From the NCBI GenBank assembly GCA_944329445.1, contig CALVIH010000003.1, forward strand, positions 5,338-69,337: a DNA stretch of 64,000 bases. The letters are read 5' to 3'. Both the position numbers and the translations under genes were made by a program. This stretch comes from an uncultured Bacilli bacterium (lineage in GTDB: Bacteria; Bacillota_I; Bacilli_A; RF39; UBA660). This document shows positions 8,817-19,305 of this stretch, in pieces. A model generated the notes under the pieces. It was given only the letters and a program-made list of their open reading frames with translations. It had not been told where the DNA came from and did not search any database. Position 1 is the stretch's first letter; each line of letters starts with the position of its first letter.

Positions 8817-10034
8817 TCAATTTTGATTCTTCTTTATTCTTTCTATGTTACTTAATGTTGTGGCCAATACTTTTTCATATTTATTGTTCTTGGGCTTATA
8901 ATAAACTCTATTTTTTAACTCATCTGGCAAGTATTGTTGAACCACGTAACTCCCAGGATAATCATGAGGATATTTATACCCGAATGCTTGAGCGTTAATA
9001 TGTGTTGGAACCTTTCCTATGTTACCATTTTCTACGTCTTTTAAAGCAAGGTCTAAAGCTACGTGCCCACTATTTGATTTTGGGGATAAACACAGATCAA
9101 TCACCATGTCTCCAAGAGGAATTCTAGCCTCTGGAAGCCCGATTCTTTCACATGCGTTTATGCATGCGTCAACTCTTACTCCCATGTTAGGATTTGCAAG
9201 TCCTATATCTTCGTATGCTATTACCGTCATTCTTCGGTAGATACTATCTAAATCACCGGAAGATATTAGTCTTGCTAAGTAGTGTAACGCAGCGTTTACA
9301 TCGGATCCTCTAATGGATTTTTGAAAAGCAGATAAAACGTCATAATGACCGGTTTCGTCTTCATCCATTGGGCTTGATGCTTTGCTATTTATGGTTTTTA
9401 TTATTTCTTCGTTTATCTTTTTATCGCTGGTGCTATAGTAAGCTACTTCAAGTAGGTTAAGAGCAAACCTAAAGTCTCCGTTTGATAATGACGCCATTAA
9501 ATTAAGTGATTTGTCATCTACTTTTACATCCTTTAAGAACTTTGTAGCTCTTTTTAATCCTTTTATAATTTCTTCTTTCTTTAAAGGAAGTAATTCGAAT
9601 ATTTGACATCTGCTTCTGATTGCTGGATTTATTTTGTGATAGGGATTAGAAGTAGTAAGACCTATTAGCGTAATAAGCCCGTTCTCTAACAAAGGAAGTA
9701 AAAGATCCTGTTTGTCTTTATTTAGTCTATGAATCTCATCAACGACCAAAACGATGTTTCCATAAATTTTAGTTTCTTCAAACACAATTTCAAAGTCTTT
9801 CTTATTGTTTACAACAGCGTTTAAAAAGCGGTGTTTTACATCTAGTTCACTTACTATTGCATTAGCAATGGAAGTCTTACCAACACCAGGTGGACCATAT
9901 AGAATCATTGAAAATAACTTCTTATTTTTTACTAAGTTTGTAAGTATTTTATCTTTTCCTATTAAATGTTCCTGGCCAATTACTTCTGATAGTTTTTTAG
10001 GCCTTAAAACGTTCGCTAATGGTTCGTTATTCAT
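8817..10034 (-). CDS. rarA: Replication-associated recombination protein A (AAA+ ATPase)
   Basis: GPPGVGKTS Walker A, VDEIHR Walker B, MgsA C-terminal domain (HYDVLSAFQKSIRGSDVNAALHYLARL). Confidence 0.92.
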   Translation of the reverse strand: MNNEPLANVLRPKKLSEVIGQEHLIGKDKILTNLVKNKKLFSMILYGPPGVGKTSIANAIVSELDVKHRFLNAVVNNKKDFEIVFEETKIYGNIVLVVDEIHRLNKDKQDLLLPLLENGLITLIGLTTSNPYHKINPAIRSRCQIFELLPLKKEEIIKGLKRATKFLKDVKVDDKSLNLMASLSNGDFRFALNLLEVAYYSTSDKKINEEIIKTINSKASSPMDEDETGHYDVLSAFQKSIRGSDVNAALHYLARLISSGDLDSIYRRMTVIAYEDIGLANPNMGVRVDACINACERIGLPEARIPLGDMVIDLCLSPKSNSGHVALDLALKDVENGNIGKVPTHINAQAFGYKYPHDYPGSYVVQQYLPDELKNRVYYKPKNNKYEKVLATTLSNIERIKKNQN

Positions 10035-10130
10035 TTGTATTACCTCGCTTTATAATTAATTATAACACATCATAATCGTTATTGACAAAAGAAGTAAATA
10101 ATAGTATTTTGATAATGGTAGGTGGTACAT

Positions 10131-10643
10131 ATGAACAAGAGATTATTAAATAAGTTTAAAGCTTATGTGGATGATACAATTAATAATGAAGAGTATAAAA
10201 ATAAAGTATATAATATTTTTAATGATTACATAAGTTCTAAAAAGAAAAAGTATGCCAAAACATATGAAAAAGAAATAGTAAAAGATGTATTGCTTCATTG
10301 TGTTGATGAATTTAAAAGTAGGTTGAACAAATTAATGAGTTATAAGGATAACATGCTTAAGTTTATTGATTTTATAAGAGAAAATAAATATAAGTACAAT
10401 GCATCGTACTTATCGGGTGAAGATAAAGCGTTATATAATTTAATTAATACAGATAATTTTGACGTAGATGAATATATTTTAAAAAATGATATCCTAGATG
10501 TTTTTTCTTTTTTTAGTAAAACTTATAACCTTGCCGTAAGGTTTGGTTTACCAGAGAAAAAGCAAACGCCTAATGATAATTTAGCATTCGTTGATGATGA
10601 TGTTCCTGAAACAATAAAAGATGGTATAAAAGCAGTAGAATAA
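10131..10643 (+). CDS. Hypothetical protein
   Basis: Long ORF. ATG at 10131 after GGTAGGTGG. No recognisable domain. Confidence 0.55.
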   Translation: MNKRLLNKFKAYVDDTINNEEYKNKVYNIFNDYISSKKKKYAKTYEKEIVKDVLLHCVDEFKSRLNKLMSYKDNMLKFIDFIRENKYKYNASYLSGEDKALYNLINTDNFDVDEYILKNDILDVFSFFSKTYNLAVRFGLPEKKQTPNDNLAFVDDDVPETIKDGIKAVE

Positions 10644-10658
10644 AACGTTGGTGATAAC

Positions 10659-11543
10659 ATGAAAAAAGAAATAGAAAATTACATTAATTTTGTGTACATT
10701 GAAAAAAAACTAAGTGATAATACAAAAAAAGCATATGAAAATGATTTAAATTACTTCTGTGATTATTTAAAAGACAAAGATATCAGCGCTGTTACAACAA
10801 AAGACATAAAAGGGTACATAAAGTATCTTAATGATGCTGGTGAAAAAGATAAGACGATTGCAAGAAAAATAGTAAGCATAAGAACCTTTTTCGATTATCT
10901 GATGCGCGAAAAAACAATTGATGTTAATCCTTGCGAGAAAATAGAGTCTCCTAAACTTAAAAAAACGCTTCCCAAGACTTTGAACGAAGAAGAAATAAAT
11001 AAGTTACTAGACATTAATCCTAAAACGCCGTTAGAGTGGCGAAATAAAGCTATGCTCGAGTTAATGTACGCAACTGGTCTTAGGGTATCTGAGTTAGTTG
11101 AATTGGAAGTAAATGACGTTAATTTAACGGACAACTACGTTAGAGTGTTTGGTAAAGGAAAAAAAGAAAGAATCGTGCCAATGGCTGATATAACTACTAA
11201 AGTAATGAAAACATACTTAAACGATCATAGGCAATCATTATTAAAGGGTTATTTAACTGATAAAGTTTTTATAAGTAGCTACGGAAAAGGAATGACAAGG
11301 CAAGGTTTTTTTAAAGTACTTAAGAAAATTGCAAAAGAAAAAGAAATAAAAAAAGATTTCTCACCACATACTTTAAGACACTCTTTTGCAACGCACTTAC
11401 TTGAGCATGGTGCTGATTTAAGAGCAATTGGTGAGATGTTAGGACACGAAAACATTAAGACGACACAAATATACACACATATATCTAATAATAAAATAAA
11501 AAAAGATTATGATGAATTTCATCCAAGAAATAAAATGATATAA
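10659..11543 (+). CDS. xerD: Site-specific tyrosine recombinase, XerD/XerC type
   Basis: Catalytic region HTLRHSFATHLLEHGADLRAIGEMLGHENIKTTQIYTH, ATGLRVSEL box, N-terminal SAM-like domain. Confidence 0.88.
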   Translation: MKKEIENYINFVYIEKKLSDNTKKAYENDLNYFCDYLKDKDISAVTTKDIKGYIKYLNDAGEKDKTIARKIVSIRTFFDYLMREKTIDVNPCEKIESPKLKKTLPKTLNEEEINKLLDINPKTPLEWRNKAMLELMYATGLRVSELVELEVNDVNLTDNYVRVFGKGKKERIVPMADITTKVMKTYLNDHRQSLLKGYLTDKVFISSYGKGMTRQGFFKVLKKIAKEKEIKKDFSPHTLRHSFATHLLEHGADLRAIGEMLGHENIKTTQIYTHISNNKIKKDYDEFHPRNKMI

Positions 11544-11552
11544 AGGTGAAAT

Positions 11553-12170
11553 ATGAAAGATAGGGTAATTTTATTTTTTTGTGACATATCTGGTACTTTT
11601 AGTGAGGATTTACAATTAAAAAATAATAAATCAAATTATAAACAACTAAGAGATTTATTAGAAAAAAGAAGAAAATTAGTAAATGCAGATAAGGTTATTT
11701 TTAGTATCATAACTTCTGAAAATAATACTTCAAAAATGTTTAAGTACATGGCTATTTTTGAAGAGTTTGTATCAACTAGTAGGGTTGTTTTGGGTTCTTG
11801 TTTTATGCAAGCTCAAAAAATCACATTAAAAAACAAAAAGTTCTATATTGATAATAGCGTTTCTTTTAAATTGCAAGATAAAATAATAAAAATGAAAAAA
11901 TACATAGAAAAAACACAAAATAATTATGATGTTGTCGAGATTGATGTAGCGGATGATTTTGCAAACGAAACCTGGATTGATAATTTAAAAGAATCATCAA
12001 AAAATATTAATGTTAATATTTTTATTCCATCTCATCCTAAAAGTCTTAATCCTAACGTTTACACTTCATTTTATACTGACATTACCGGTTTAGTAGATGC
12101 GATAGAAAAATCTATAGCTCCACCAACGACTTTTTATGATAAGGATGAAAAACAGGATTTAAAGAAATAA
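11553..12170 (+). CDS. Hypothetical protein (possible HAD-like fold)
   Basis: Good RBS. N-terminal FFCDISGTF resembles HAD motif I; otherwise unassigned. Confidence 0.5.
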   Translation: MKDRVILFFCDISGTFSEDLQLKNNKSNYKQLRDLLEKRRKLVNADKVIFSIITSENNTSKMFKYMAIFEEFVSTSRVVLGSCFMQAQKITLKNKKFYIDNSVSFKLQDKIIKMKKYIEKTQNNYDVVEIDVADDFANETWIDNLKESSKNINVNIFIPSHPKSLNPNVYTSFYTDITGLVDAIEKSIAPPTTFYDKDEKQDLKK

Positions 12171-12213
12171 TTTATTATGATTAAAAGCATATAAATTAAC
12201 TAGGAGGTAAATA

Positions 12214-12978
12214 ATGCCAAATAGTGTTTTATATGCTTTTATTTTATCTTTTCTAGCAGGTTTATCTACCGTTATAGGTGCATTGATAATTTTTTTTGAC
12301 AAACGTAAAAACAACAAAATAGTTACAATCTCTCTTTCGTTTGCAGCGGGTGTTATGATATGTGTTTCGTTTACTGATTTGTTGCCTAATTCATATAAGA
12401 TGATGCTTGATGGTACTAGCGTTTTTCCCAAGGTAATGTTAACTCTTATTTTTATGGTGATAGGGGTAATAATATCAATGTTAATAGATAAATATTTACC
12501 ATCGGACTATGAAAGTAAAGATAATAAAGGGTTGTATAAAATTGGAATAATAAGTATGGTTGCAATTATTTTACATAACATACCAGAAGGAATTGCAACT
12601 TTTATAACTTCATCTAACAACATAAGTCTTGGTATAACTTTAAGCTTAGCAATTGCGCTTCATAACATACCAGAAGGAATATCTATCGCGGTACCTATTT
12701 ACCACTCAACTGGAAGTAAGCTTAAAGCAATTATGTATGCATTACTTTCTGGTATGAGCGAGATGGTTGGAAGCATTTTGGCATATTTCTTTTTAGCACC
12801 ATTAATAAACGAGCATGTAATGGCCTCTTTATACGCTATTATTGCGGGCATAATGATTCATATTTCAGTTTATGAACTTATACCCGGTGCTTATAAAGAA
12901 AGTACCTTAAAGGGTGTTATAAAATACTTTTTAATTGGTTTTGCAATAATGATAGTAAGTCATTTACTTATGGGATAA
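12214..12978 (+). CDS. zupT: ZIP-family zinc transporter
   Basis: Multi-pass membrane protein with duplicated LHNIPEGIA/LHNIPEGIS metal-binding motifs. AGGAGG RBS. Confidence 0.88.
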   Translation: MPNSVLYAFILSFLAGLSTVIGALIIFFDKRKNNKIVTISLSFAAGVMICVSFTDLLPNSYKMMLDGTSVFPKVMLTLIFMVIGVIISMLIDKYLPSDYESKDNKGLYKIGIISMVAIILHNIPEGIATFITSSNNISLGITLSLAIALHNIPEGISIAVPIYHSTGSKLKAIMYALLSGMSEMVGSILAYFFLAPLINEHVMASLYAIIAGIMIHISVYELIPGAYKESTLKGVIKYFLIGFAIMIVSHLLMG

Positions 12979-13008
12979 AAGTGTGTTATTATATATCTGG
13001 TGGAAAAT

Positions 13009-13860
13009 ATGTTGGATGATATTATTTGTAAATATAATAAATATGATATAGGTTTTTATGCCGAAGATAAATACGAAAATAAATTAGAATATAATTCAAA
13101 TAAATTGTTTGAAACAGCTAGTTGTTGTAAAGTATTTATTTTAATTGAATACTATAAGCAAGTATTCTTAAAGAAAATAAAATGGGATAATATTTTTGAA
13201 TATAATAAGGAAGATAACATAATTGGTAAAAATTCAGGTGTAATAAAAGATTTTACTTATGGTATCAAATTAAGAACCGAAGATTTAGCAACACTTATGA
13301 TTTTATATAGTGATAATATTGCAACAAATAAATTAATTGATTATCTTGGTTTAGAAAATATAAATGAAACTATTAAACAGTTAGGATTAAAAAACACTAA
13401 AATATTACATAAACTTGATTTATTAAAATATAAAAAGTTTGGCGTTACAACACCTAAAGAATATGCAAGTATTTTCAAAATGATATTGCAAGGTAAAGCT
13501 TATAACAAATGGGTTTCCAAAAAGGTATTGAACCTTTTAAAGAAGCAAACCCGAAGTGATATGATAAATAAAGGCCTTCCACAATATGATCTATTATTCA
13601 AAGGTAATAAAAATGAAAGTATAATAAACTATGTAGCTTCTAAGTCTGGGAGTGTAGTGTACATTGGAACTGATATGAAAAATTGTAGAAATGATGGTGG
13701 GGTTATTGCGACTAAGTATGGTAATTATATTATTTCTATTTTTGTTTCTGACTTAGATGATTTGCAATTAAATTATGATAATAATGGTATTAATTGTGGG
13801 GCAGAAATTTCGAAATATATTTTTAACAAATTTATTAGTAATAAAGGAAGTTTAAAATGA
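13009..13860 (+). CDS. Class A beta-lactamase-like serine hydrolase
   Basis: SxxK (SCCK), SDN (YSDN) and KSG motifs in class-A order. ATG at 13009 follows GGTGGA. No signal peptide is evident. Confidence 0.7.
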   Translation: MLDDIICKYNKYDIGFYAEDKYENKLEYNSNKLFETASCCKVFILIEYYKQVFLKKIKWDNIFEYNKEDNIIGKNSGVIKDFTYGIKLRTEDLATLMILYSDNIATNKLIDYLGLENINETIKQLGLKNTKILHKLDLLKYKKFGVTTPKEYASIFKMILQGKAYNKWVSKKVLNLLKKQTRSDMINKGLPQYDLLFKGNKNESIINYVASKSGSVVYIGTDMKNCRNDGGVIATKYGNYIISIFVSDLDDLQLNYDNNGINCGAEISKYIFNKFISNKGSLK

Positions 13861-14249
13861 TTAAATATAGTAATGAAATAAGATTTAATAAAAATAGTTT
13901 AGCTGAATTATTTTTGAGTGTTGGATGGAATTCTGGCAATCACCCAGATAAAATATATGATGCTATTTTGAATAGTACCTATTACTGCTTTGCATATGAT
14001 AATGAAAATCTAATTGGATTAGTAAGTGCAATATCGGATAAAAGTATTAATCTTTTTCTTACTTACTTATTGGTTAATCCAAATTATCAAAGAAGAGGCA
14101 TTGGAACGAGATTATTAAATAACATTACTAGCGCTGGTGATTTCAACAGAATTATATTAATATCAGAAAAAGGAAAGGAAAGCTTTTATATAAAAAATAA
14201 TTTTATACCTGATGGAGTTGGAATGTTTATAATAGATTGGAATAAATAA
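13857..14249 (+). CDS. GNAT family N-acetyltransferase
   Basis: Acetyl-CoA motif YQRRGIGTRLL. ATGA overlap with the upstream gene. Confidence 0.8.
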   Translation: MIKYSNEIRFNKNSLAELFLSVGWNSGNHPDKIYDAILNSTYYCFAYDNENLIGLVSAISDKSINLFLTYLLVNPNYQRRGIGTRLLNNITSAGDFNRIILISEKGKESFYIKNNFIPDGVGMFIIDWNK

Positions 14250-14296
14250 ACTAAACCTATTTTATAGCATAATAAAATACCAAAGGAAGTACTTAC

Positions 14297-15115
14297 ATGA
14301 ACTATGAATTATTAAATAAAATAATAGATTATTTAGAAGAAAATTTAACAAATGATATAGATACTAAAAAACTAGCTAAAAGTCTGGGACTAAATGACTT
14401 TATAATGCAAAGGGTATTTAGTATTGTAACTAACATTACTATAGCTGAATACGTAAGAAAAAGAAGGTTATCTCTTGCTTTTGAGGAAATAAAGCAAACT
14501 AGTAATAAAGTAATTGACGTTGCATTAAAATATGGATATGAATCAAGTGTTTCTTTTACAAGGAGTTTTAAAAAAGAATTTGGTATTACTCCAAGTAACA
14601 TAAGAAAAAATAAAGATAATAAATATAAAACCTTTCCAAGAATAAAGTTTGGAAGCAAGTTTAATAATAAAACAATAATTAATTATGTAATTAAAAATAT
14701 AAATAGTTTTACCATTTACGGAAAAAAGGTTAGTGCTAAAACCTTTGATGATTTACATTATAAAATAAGAGAACTTTATAAAGAAATAAAAACTGATGGC
14801 ACGTATGATCTTTTTGATAAAAATAAAAGGTATGCCTTAACTTATGATAATAATAATAATAACGTTCATACTTACTTAGTAGGTAGCATTTTAAAGAATA
14901 ATAATTTGGATAGTTATGACGTAAAAAAAGGAGAGTACGCGGTTTTTGAAGTTGGAAATAAAACGCAAAAAGACATTATAAAAACAATTGAATTCATAAA
15001 TGAGATTTGGTATTATTCTTCAAAGTTAGGAGTTAAAGATGATCCATATATAGAGTGTTATACAAAAGATAATTGCTATATATTTGTCCCGCTTGATAAA
15101 AGGAAATATAAATGA
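14297..15115 (+). CDS. AraC-family transcriptional regulator with GyrI-like effector-binding domain
   Basis: N-terminal double HTH (ALKYGYESSVSFTRSFKKEFGITPS) and a C-terminal domain of about 150 aa of GyrI/SbmC type. Confidence 0.8.
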   Translation: MNYELLNKIIDYLEENLTNDIDTKKLAKSLGLNDFIMQRVFSIVTNITIAEYVRKRRLSLAFEEIKQTSNKVIDVALKYGYESSVSFTRSFKKEFGITPSNIRKNKDNKYKTFPRIKFGSKFNNKTIINYVIKNINSFTIYGKKVSAKTFDDLHYKIRELYKEIKTDGTYDLFDKNKRYALTYDNNNNNVHTYLVGSILKNNNLDSYDVKKGEYAVFEVGNKTQKDIIKTIEFINEIWYYSSKLGVKDDPYIECYTKDNCYIFVPLDKRKYK

Positions 15116-15157
15116 TACAATTAATGTATAGAAAAATATTTTTTGTTGGGGGTATTT

Positions 15158-15895
15158 ATGAATAATAAATTTATAGTCATTAAAGATAAAGTTATTGTTT
15201 TTGATGAATATTCTAATACTAAAACATTAAATTACTGTGATAATATTCAAGAAATATTAAAACAAGAAAACAATATAGAAATTATACAAAAAGTAAAAGA
15301 TGATACGGAATGGGCAATAGAAAGTTTAAATAACAAGTGTTCACATAGTAAAGTATGGTGTTTTAACCCTCTTATTGTAGAAGCTATAGGATTGGGAGCT
15401 GGTTACATTCTTTTAAGAATAGCATTAGAAAATGAAATGATAGATACCGCATTCGGTCAAATGAGTATTGAATCTCTTACAATTCTTTATGGTGGAACAG
15501 TTTTGACACCGTTTTCAACAGGATTTTCGTTATCATTGCTATCTAATAGAAAAAAAGACGAAAGAAGATTAAATGCATTAAAAACAATGAAGATTTATGT
15601 TGATGATAAATTAGAAAAAGAAAAAGAAAAACTAAAAGAATTGAAAAAACATAATAGTAGTGGACATAAAGATTTTTCCTACACAGATGGAGAAAAAGTT
15701 ATTATAGAACCAGATTATGATTTTTATATGAATTTTGATCATCAAAGAAAACTATATTATAACACTGTATATAATGAAAAGAAATATAAAAAATATCTTC
15801 AAAAAGGCAATTTAGAAAACAAATTGCCTTACTATACTGATGATGATATAGATAAAGTTAAAAAAATATTAAAAAGAAACAAAACTGATATGTAA
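15158..15895 (+). CDS. Hypothetical membrane protein with coiled-coil C-terminus
   Basis: ATG at 15158 after GGGGG. Two hydrophobic segments and a K/E-rich segment. Confidence 0.55.
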   Translation: MNNKFIVIKDKVIVFDEYSNTKTLNYCDNIQEILKQENNIEIIQKVKDDTEWAIESLNNKCSHSKVWCFNPLIVEAIGLGAGYILLRIALENEMIDTAFGQMSIESLTILYGGTVLTPFSTGFSLSLLSNRKKDERRLNALKTMKIYVDDKLEKEKEKLKELKKHNSSGHKDFSYTDGEKVIIEPDYDFYMNFDHQRKLYYNTVYNEKKYKKYLQKGNLENKLPYYTDDDIDKVKKILKRNKTDM

Positions 15896-15946
15896 AATGT
15901 TTCTTTTTTTATTTTTATTAGTATTAAAATTATATCGGTGGTATAA

Positions 15947-17635
15947 GTGATTAGGCGATATTTTAAATTATGTAAAGAAACTAGGAAAGTACTTTATTTC
16001 TTTTTATTTGTTTTATTAATACTTGGCATACTAGATCTTATAATTCCAATATTTGCATCTAATATAATCGATTATTTAACCGATAAAAACTTAAATCTTT
16101 TTATTAAAACGTTAATTATTTTATTTGTATTATATTTTACGACAAATACTTTTTCTTACTTTGCATGCAGACTTTATTCTGTATACTTTAGAGAAAGCTT
16201 TAAAAACATACATAAGAAAATTATTAATAGAATATATGATTATAACGATGATGAATTAGTTAAATTACCAAAAGGTAAAATACTATCAACGGTTAACATT
16301 GACTCTATTAACATAGCGGAAATGGCCGATTATATGTTTAACGTTTTATATAATTTTATTTTGGTAATTTGTATGCTAATTGTATTTATTAAAACTAACG
16401 TTGTTTTAGGTGTTATTCTTTTTTTCGTGATAATAATATATGCATCCCTTGCGTTTTACTTAACAAAAAAATCAAGTTACTACATGAAAGGACAAAGGTT
16501 ATATCAAGATAAGCTTACTAATTTATTAAGTCAGACGCTAAACGGACTTAAAGAAGTTAAAACGCTTAACTTAAAACAAAGTTTAAACGTAAAATATGAT
16601 GGTATGAGAAGAGGGTGGGCAAAAAAATACATGTTAAAAAGAAGGTATTATATAGCATACTCTGTTATCTTAAAATACATAAGATACATATCAAAGATAC
16701 TGTTATACGTAATATCTGGTGTACTTATATTTAATGGTAAAATAACGATTGGAACCATAATATTATTAATTACTTACTTTGATAATATATTTACTTATTT
16801 AACCACGCTTGTAAGTGATGTTGGAACCGTTAGAAACTACAATATTTCATTAGAAAGAGTTTGGGAACTTTTAAATAATAATGTTAATAACGATACATAT
16901 GGATGTGTAGATAATGATTATATTAATGGTGTGGTTACTTTTAAAAATGTATCATTTGCTTATAAAGATATTGCTACAATAAAAAACGTTAGTTTTACTG
17001 CAATGCCTAATAGAATAACCGTGATAGTGGGTAAAACGGGTAGTGGAAAAACAACCATCCTTAACATTTTGTTAAGGCTTTATAAACCAGATAAGGGTAA
17101 CGTATTAATTGATGATATAAACATAAAAGAATATACAAAAGAAGTTTATTATAACAACGTATCGGTTGTTAATCAGGAGAGTTTTTTGTTTAACATGAGT
17201 ATTAAAGATAATTTATCAATGGTAGATAAAGACGTAAATAAACAAATAGAGGTTTGTAAAAGGGTAGGTATTCATGACTTGATAACTAAATTACCAAAGG
17301 GATATAACACCATTTTAAGCGAAAATGCGGGCAATTTATCTGGTGGTCAAAAAAGATTACTATCTTTAGCTAAAACCCTTTTAAAGGGTGCAGAAATACT
17401 CTTATTTGACGAGGTAACATCATCACTTGATCCAAAAACTACAAAAGAGATAATAAACGTGTTAAAGGATTTGAAAAAAGATCATACGGTAATTGTAATT
17501 ACACATAAAGAAGAAATGATGAAAATAGCAGATGAACTTATTATTTTAAATAAAGGGTGTGTGGTTGCAAAAGGTAAATATAATAATTTAAGTAATAATA
17601 AATATTTTAATGATTTAATTAATAAGGAGAAGTAA
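15947..17635 (+). CDS. ABC exporter, fused permease/ATPase
   Basis: Six-TM N-terminal domain. Walker A GKTGSGKTT, signature LSGGQKRLLSLA, Walker B ILLFDEVTS. Confidence 0.9.
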   Translation: MIRRYFKLCKETRKVLYFFLFVLLILGILDLIIPIFASNIIDYLTDKNLNLFIKTLIILFVLYFTTNTFSYFACRLYSVYFRESFKNIHKKIINRIYDYNDDELVKLPKGKILSTVNIDSINIAEMADYMFNVLYNFILVICMLIVFIKTNVVLGVILFFVIIIYASLAFYLTKKSSYYMKGQRLYQDKLTNLLSQTLNGLKEVKTLNLKQSLNVKYDGMRRGWAKKYMLKRRYYIAYSVILKYIRYISKILLYVISGVLIFNGKITIGTIILLITYFDNIFTYLTTLVSDVGTVRNYNISLERVWELLNNNVNNDTYGCVDNDYINGVVTFKNVSFAYKDIATIKNVSFTAMPNRITVIVGKTGSGKTTILNILLRLYKPDKGNVLIDDINIKEYTKEVYYNNVSVVNQESFLFNMSIKDNLSMVDKDVNKQIEVCKRVGIHDLITKLPKGYNTILSENAGNLSGGQKRLLSLAKTLLKGAEILLFDEVTSSLDPKTTKEIINVLKDLKKDHTVIVITHKEEMMKIADELIILNKGCVVAKGKYNNLSNNKYFNDLINKEK

Positions 17636-17637
17636 AA

Positions 17638-18075
17638 ATGAATAATTTTAGTGATATAGATTTTGAAAAGATATTTAAACCGATGAGCGAGGAAGAAATA
17701 AAAAAAGAAAAAATAATGGAAGAAGAAAGAAAAAAATATTATGACAAAGTAAAAGAAAACTTTCTAAATTTAGCAAGATCTCTTCCAGGAAGAGAATTTG
17801 AAACGCCAAGTGATCCATTAACTACTATAAAAGGGGAAATAAAAGATAACAAGATAGTTAACTTAAGAGCCTTAACTAGTAATAGGGCCTTAAAAGAAGG
17901 AATAAATATGATATTTAGTAATAATGATAATAATTATTTCGAATATAGCATAAATAACAATGTTACCTTAAAAAGCGATACGATTCCTGAGAACTTTAAA
18001 GATATTATGTCTTGGATATTAAAAGTAGATGGTATTAATTATGAAAACGATTATAACAATGGAAAAAGTAAGTAA
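17638..18075 (+). CDS. Hypothetical protein
   Basis: AAGGAG RBS, tightly coupled to the ABC gene. No known domain. Confidence 0.55.
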   Translation: MNNFSDIDFEKIFKPMSEEEIKKEKIMEEERKKYYDKVKENFLNLARSLPGREFETPSDPLTTIKGEIKDNKIVNLRALTSNRALKEGINMIFSNNDNNYFEYSINNNVTLKSDTIPENFKDIMSWILKVDGINYENDYNNGKSK

Positions 18076-18098
18076 TTAATTATGAATGGGTGGAATAT

Positions 18099-18662
18099 AT
18101 GGAAGTTTTAAATGCAATAAAAACAAGATGGAGTAATTACAAATACAAAAATAAAGAAATACCAAAAGAAGTAGTAGAGGACATATTAAATTGTGGTAGA
18201 CTTGCTCCTTCTGCTAAAAATAGACAACCATGGTACTTTGTTGTTACTTCTGGAAAGACAAAAACTAATATTATAAAAGTTATGAAAGATAAAGCTAAAA
18301 ACATTACCAATAAAAGTGAGATGAAAAGAATAGGGCATTCGTGTAGTCTTTTATCAACTGCTAAGACGATTGAAAAAGTTCCGATATTAGTTTTAGTATA
18401 TAGACCTGATGATATAGCATGGGCTAAAGGTGATAGATTATCAATTGGTGCGTGCGTAGAAAACATGTGTCTAAGAGCAACTGAACTAGGTATTGGTTCT
18501 TTATGGATATTAGATACCATATACGTAGAAAAAAAAATACAAGAAATTACTCATAATGAAAACATGGAATTAGTATGTGGTCTATTATTAGGATACCCGG
18601 ATCAAAAACCTAGAAAAAAGAATAGAAAAAAATTAAGGAATATAATAAAGTGGCAAGCATAA
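18099..18662 (+). CDS. Nitroreductase family protein
   Basis: RWSNYKY...LAPSAKNRQPWYFVV FMN-binding signature. ATG at 18099 follows GGGTGG. Confidence 0.85.
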   Translation: MEVLNAIKTRWSNYKYKNKEIPKEVVEDILNCGRLAPSAKNRQPWYFVVTSGKTKTNIIKVMKDKAKNITNKSEMKRIGHSCSLLSTAKTIEKVPILVLVYRPDDIAWAKGDRLSIGACVENMCLRATELGIGSLWILDTIYVEKKIQEITHNENMELVCGLLLGYPDQKPRKKNRKKLRNIIKWQA

Positions 18663-18779
18663 TTTATAAGTAAAGTTATATAATAGAGATTTTATGAGTT
18701 TAAAAACATTAAAACTAGATTGGCAAAACGATAATAATTTGTTAGTATAAATTGCATTAAATCACTTAAGGGGGATACC

Positions 18780-19190
18780 ATGAAAATATTGAAAAAAATT
18801 CAAAACAACTTTGAAAATAATAAAACTTATAAATACATTAAAGATTGTAATATTAAAAGCGTAAATAAAAGAAAGCTTGCATCTTTAGCTTTGGTTCCAA
18901 TGATTATTTGTGGTAGTATTATTGGAACAGCAACCAATGTTAAAGCTTCACAAATGGAAGATAATTACCATAATGAAAAAGAAACTAATAGTATAATATA
19001 TGTTGATGAAAATAAAAATGAATTAACATATCAAGAAAATAAAAATAATAAAATAAATAGTAATTTACTTTTTATTGATTCTGAAGAGGATAAAGAATTA
19101 TTTGATTATATTACGCTTGGCGTAAGTTGTACAGCGCTTGGGGTAGCAGTAGCTGGTCTTGTAGATAATCCAAGTAATAGAAGAAGATAA
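18780..19190 (+). CDS. Hypothetical membrane-anchored protein
   Basis: GGGGGA RBS; N-terminal and C-terminal TM segments. Confidence 0.5.
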   Translation: MKILKKIQNNFENNKTYKYIKDCNIKSVNKRKLASLALVPMIICGSIIGTATNVKASQMEDNYHNEKETNSIIYVDENKNELTYQENKNNKINSNLLFIDSEEDKELFDYITLGVSCTALGVAVAGLVDNPSNRRR

Positions 19191-19252
19191 ATAGCTAACG
19201 TTTTGGCTATTTTTATTATACAATTATATAATCTTCTAACATAATGCTTTAA

Positions 19253-19281
19253 TTGAATTAAAACAATATCTATGCTATAAT
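19253..19281 (+). promoter_or_regulatory. Sigma-A promoter (extended -10) of the HEPN/MNT pair
   Basis: TTGAAT, 17 nt spacer, TGcTATAAT. Confidence 0.5.
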
Positions 19282-19305
19282 TTAGTCAAGAAATAAGGAG
19301 GTATT

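Noticed and set aside
12171-12213. Possible Zur box upstream of zupT (TTATGATTAA).
   Set aside because: It is not palindromic and does not fit the TCGTAATnATTACGA-type consensus.
12159-12431. 90-aa minus-strand ORF across the zupT start.
   Set aside because: It is opposite the ZIP transporter gene, which has an AGGAGG RBS and conserved motifs.
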